In this document: positions 60,013 through 64,000 of the stretch, in pieces
Layout: each line of letters starts with the position of its first letter
How positions within the stretch are numbered: position 1 is the first letter of the stretch
Assembly: GCA_008632985.1 (NCBI GenBank)
Contig: QPGO01000005.1
Span: 517,607 to 581,606 of the forward strand
DNA: 64,000 nucleotides
Direction of reading: 5' to 3'
Origin: Psammoneis japonica
Taxonomy: Eukaryota
Notes under the pieces: model-generated
Databases searched by the model: none
What the model was told of the DNA's origin: nothing
Seen by the model: the letters and a program-made list of their open reading frames with translations, nothing else
Translations under genes and position numbers: made by a program

Positions 60013-61926
60013 TTACAACATCTCACTCTCCATTGCATCCTTCTCCTCTGCGTTCATAGGGTCATTAGTCTTCAATGGTTTGACTCCAATGCCACGAAGC
60101 TTGCACATCTGTTCATGTTTCCTCTGGCGTCGGATCTTTTCAATGGACTTCCGTTTCATTGTTTGAATGTTCTTTTTGATGTTCTCATTGGACTTGGGAG
60201 GGGACCGCTTGAGCTGATGACGGGGTGTTGGTGCTTTCTTTCGTCGAAGCAACTCAAGAGCAAACGGATTTGGTTTGCCGGGCTCGTGGAACTCAAGCTT
60301 TCTCCTTTTTCTTGGAGCTTCCTCAGCTTCAATGCAATGTTTCAATGACTTGAGCTCTTCATTTAAAGACGGCTTTTTGGCTTGGGACGAGCTTGTTCCA
60401 GGTTGGTCGTGGAGCGATGGAGTGCTTGTTTCAGGCTGTGTTTGGAGCGGCGGAATCCTGTTGCTTGCTGCGAGAAGTGTTTGGATCATCTCGGCAATTG
60501 CTGCAATGCTTTCCACGGTGCTTTTCTTGGCGGGCATTTTCATTGCCAAGTCGTCGTTGGACTCACTCTCTTTGTCTGTGCCATTCAAGCAGGGAGTCGA
60601 GAATTCATAAAAATTGGGATGATGGGCGCTGAAAATGCCACCGGAATCCCTCCAACAGTGGAGTTTGAAAAGGCTCTTGAAACAGTTCAACTTCTCCTCG
60701 TTCTCGACACGGGTGCGATGTTGTCGGCAAGCGATCTGGATCCTCATAACGGCGGCGAGTTTCTTCTCGTGTTTGCGGCCCTTCACAATGAAGCTTTGGA
60801 AGGCGACCTGGATAGTTGCAGCAGCACCGTTCATCGCAGCAACTTGCAGCAGGATGTTTCGGAAAGCGCAATGTTTTCGGCAAGCGACCTGGATCCTCAC
60901 GACGGCGGCGAGTTCCTTCTCGTGAATGCGGCGCTTGACAATGAAGCTTTGGAAGGCGACCTGAATAGTTGTAGCAGCAGCGTTCATCGTGGCAACTCGT
61001 TGCAGGATGTTTCGAAAAGCGCGCTGGATTGTTTTGAGCGTGCTCACCTTTTCGTTAACCATGTTGAAGGCTGCAGGCACGGAATGGACGATCGTGGTTG
61101 ACGAAACAGGTGGTGGAGCCTCGATAAGGGCAATCGGATGGGTGGCGTTCCGGCGGATTGGACGAGCTTGAGTGTTGAGCGTGAAGCTCGCATCGAATGG
61201 GAGGGAGGGCGTGCACTCATTCCTGTTGAATACAACTTTGTAACTTTGGTTTGGCGTTTCCACATTCGTGGCGAAGTCGCATGTTGAGAGCTCGAGGATC
61301 GCCATCACATCAATGGATGGACCCGAGGATGTGTTGCTGCTCTTGAGTAAAATATTCGCTCGAACGCCTGGAGCGAAAATACGAAGCTTCTTCTTGAGGG
61401 TGTCAATCACGACGACTTCGAAATCGTCAGGACGCGAGTCGGAGGAGGAAGGCTTGAACACGAGCTCAACAAGAACTGAGTTTGTAGAATAAGAAATAGC
61501 AGCACTCTTAATCATACCGGATTCAGTAGTGGCCATTTCCTGCTTGTAGGTGGGAAGTCTTTCCGTAACGGCTTGCGCAGTGGCTTCGTTGGCGGCGGCA
61601 GGAAAAACGTAGATTTTCTCAAGACGAGTCTGGACGACAAAACGAGCAAGATTCTGAACGTAACATTTGAACCAAGGCTCTGTCAACTTGTTGAAGAAGA
61701 CAGTATTGCCATTGGAATACGGAACAATCGAAAGAACCTCTTGAACAGTTGGGGCCAGATCAAGTTGAAACGTGCCGACTTGTTCATCGTCGAAAAGCTT
61801 CTTCGAAATCGACTTCAAAGCAACGAAAGCCGAGAATGCGGCAATGTCAACATTGCCGATTAAAGCAACGCCACCGGCAAGGATGGTAACAAAGAGAACA
61901 ACAAAGATCATAAGGGAGATCGACAT
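60013..61926 (-). CDS. Unknown 637-aa protein with N-terminal TM/signal and IQ (calmodulin-binding)-like repeats
   Basis: IQRAFR, IQVAFQ, IQVACR, IQIACR motifs in a 153-bp tandem duplication (about 60725-61030). Confidence 0.65.
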   Translation of the reverse strand: MSISLMIFVVLFVTILAGGVALIGNVDIAAFSAFVALKSISKKLFDDEQVGTFQLDLAPTVQEVLSIVPYSNGNTVFFNKLTEPWFKCYVQNLARFVVQTRLEKIYVFPAAANEATAQAVTERLPTYKQEMATTESGMIKSAAISYSTNSVLVELVFKPSSSDSRPDDFEVVVIDTLKKKLRIFAPGVRANILLKSSNTSSGPSIDVMAILELSTCDFATNVETPNQSYKVVFNRNECTPSLPFDASFTLNTQARPIRRNATHPIALIEAPPPVSSTTIVHSVPAAFNMVNEKVSTLKTIQRAFRNILQRVATMNAAATTIQVAFQSFIVKRRIHEKELAAVVRIQVACRKHCAFRNILLQVAAMNGAAATIQVAFQSFIVKGRKHEKKLAAVMRIQIACRQHRTRVENEEKLNCFKSLFKLHCWRDSGGIFSAHHPNFYEFSTPCLNGTDKESESNDDLAMKMPAKKSTVESIAAIAEMIQTLLAASNRIPPLQTQPETSTPSLHDQPGTSSSQAKKPSLNEELKSLKHCIEAEEAPRKRRKLEFHEPGKPNPFALELLRRKKAPTPRHQLKRSPPKSNENIKKNIQTMKRKSIEKIRRQRKHEQMCKLRGIGVKPLKTNDPMNAEEKDAMESEML

Positions 61927-62633
61927 GGTTGATACTTGATGATAACAAAAGACGAGTTGTCCGTTTTGTGAGATGGAGTGCGAAAGCGGAAAGCGTGGAG
62001 CATGATCCGCGTACTGGCGGCTACGTGGTTTCTACGTAGTCCCAGAGATCACAAAACCGGGACACGTTTTTTTTCTGTTATCAAAACCTGACCAAAACAC
62101 CGTTTAGCGTTCCTCGGCGCCAATCTCAATATCGTTTCGGAGGCTAACGACGTGATGAACTGTTGCGATACCGACAGGTGATGATTTGAACTACTGTGCT
62201 TCCGACGTGTTTATCGTCCTACAACTTCTACTACCATTACAACCCAGGACAAACGTTCTCGGTATCATTGCCCTACAAATAGCTAGTAAATTACTCTTTC
62301 AAACTTTTCATTATGTTCCTGTTTGTTTTGCTTAAAAGCACGAAAGCTAGAGCTTAAGCCAAGTTCCTGCTTGACTACATTCGTGCGGGATAGGAGCTAG
62401 GAGCGAACGGTCTACGACTCATATGATACCTCATTAAGTGGACAAATGAAAAGCTATTGGTTCGAACGTACTTCACATACTTCAAGCTTGACTATTATTT
62501 ACAACATTGTCAAGACTATTCTTTCTCTGAATATCATGGATATACACCAACACAAATACACATATACTTGGAGACAGATAGGATGATTCGTCCCCAGCTG
62601 AAAGTGGCGTTGAAAGTATACGCAAGCTGGACT

Positions 62634-64000
62634 CTATCTGCCCAACTCAGCCAAGTTGAGCTTGGAAGCTCCCTTTGGAAGAAGCTTGGTGCCTTGCGGG
62701 GCAGGCTCAACATGCTCATCAAAGATCCACTCCTCGCGATCGTCCGTATCCGAACCCTGGGCCTTGAGGCGACGGCGGAGCGCTTTCTCGGCCTCCATGA
62801 TCAAAAAGACGGAAACCATCATCAAAATGGTAATACCCCACTGGGCTCCGTCCATACCGGACATGCCAAAGATGGTGTCGTTCAAACCGGGGGTGTAGGT
62901 TGTGAAGAGCTGGAGCACAATGACAATAATGGCGGAATACCACAGAGACATGTTGCCCTTGAAAATACGGGGGTGGATGAAACTGTTGTAAGTGAAACGA
63001 GCACTTGCAGTGATGGCAATGGCACCAAAGTCCAAGGTGTTGAAGGCCTGGGCACGCTGTTCCTCAAGAGTGTAGTCAAGAGAGCGAGCCCAAAAGGACG
63101 ATCCAACGACTGCAGCGGTCAACGCAATGGTTCCGAGAGCGATACGAAGGAAGCGGTAGCGTCCAATGAGGCGTTTTCCAACGCGGCGAGGAGGGATGTT
63201 CATGATACCATCTTCGGCAGGCTCGACGGCGCACACAAATCCAAGAGTCACGGCGCAGATCAAGTTGGAGTACGACACCTGAATGGCGGTCAACGGGGTA
63301 TCTTCAAGGCCGAAAGCAAAACCAAACAGAACGGAGAGGCCCTGAGAGTTGTTGATGGGAGTGTTCACCAACAACACCTTACGGAGGTTATCCCACACAG
63401 TACGGCCCTCACGAACGGCGGTAACGAGAGTGGCAAAGTTATCGTCAGCAAGAATCATCTCGGAAGCTTCACGAGCTACATCGGTTCTCTCTTTACCCAT
63501 GGCAGCACCCATGTCGGCGGCCTTGAGAGCAGGACTGAAAGTAGAATACGAAACAATGGAACAATAGTGTGAGAATGAAGCCCAAGAGAAAAGGATACAA
63601 GAGAAAACAAAAAAAGAAGTCCAAGCACTCACGCGTCATTGACTCCATCTCCAGTCATACTGGCAACCTGTCCTTCGGCTTGGAGGGTCTTCACAATATG
63701 AATCTTGTTCTGAGGGGAAGCACGAGCAAACACGTTGTGGGCCATGACAGCCTTACGGAGCTCGTCGTCGTCCATGGCATCCATCTCGGGTCCAGCCACA
63801 GCCTCGCTGTATTTCTCGTCGACAATACCCAACATGTGTCCAATAGCAACAGCGGTATCCTTGTGGTCACCGGTAATCGCTTCGGAAATGGCGGCAACAC
63901 ACTCTTGACGAAGAGGATCCATGATGGCACAGAGACCAACCATGGTAAACCAGGGTTCTCCACGTTCATTGACAAACTTGGGACCAAGTTGTTCGCCCTG
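62634..64000 (-). CDS. Type II P-type cation ATPase, 3' part, one intron (63535-63632); possibly a decaying copy
   Basis: [39 protein letters not shown]; a 98-bp GTGAG...TTTCAG intron restores the frame. Confidence 0.9.

Overview
Eukaryotic DNA, most likely a pennate diatom (diatom-type Copia/CoDi elements, a plastid-targeted bilin reductase, one GT-AG intron). Two host-gene islands lie at about 2-7.8 kb (PebB-like, ADA2) and 47.6-51.5 kb (AKR7-like, RNase H2B, DDRGK1-like), and there are an IQ-motif ORF and a P-type ATPase at the right end. Between them are blocks of nested, dead transposons: three Copia, one Gypsy, and Penelope-like, PIF/Harbinger, Tc1-like and Mutator elements plus MITEs. 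The standout signal is a mutational system. Inside the transposon blocks almost every TpA has become TpG or CpA (A>G on either strand). Conserved Tyr codons read His or Cys (YVDD to HVDD or CVDD; I find no Tyr in a 1118-aa Pol), and TAA/TAG stops are erased. In two duplicated segments, 21 of 22 and 10 of 12 TpAs are converted in the copy inside the block. Host genes and a MITE lying between genes are untouched. This looks like a RIP-like genome defence with the opposite chemistry to fungal RIP. The responsible enzyme is not identifiable in this window. All alignments and counts were done by eye.
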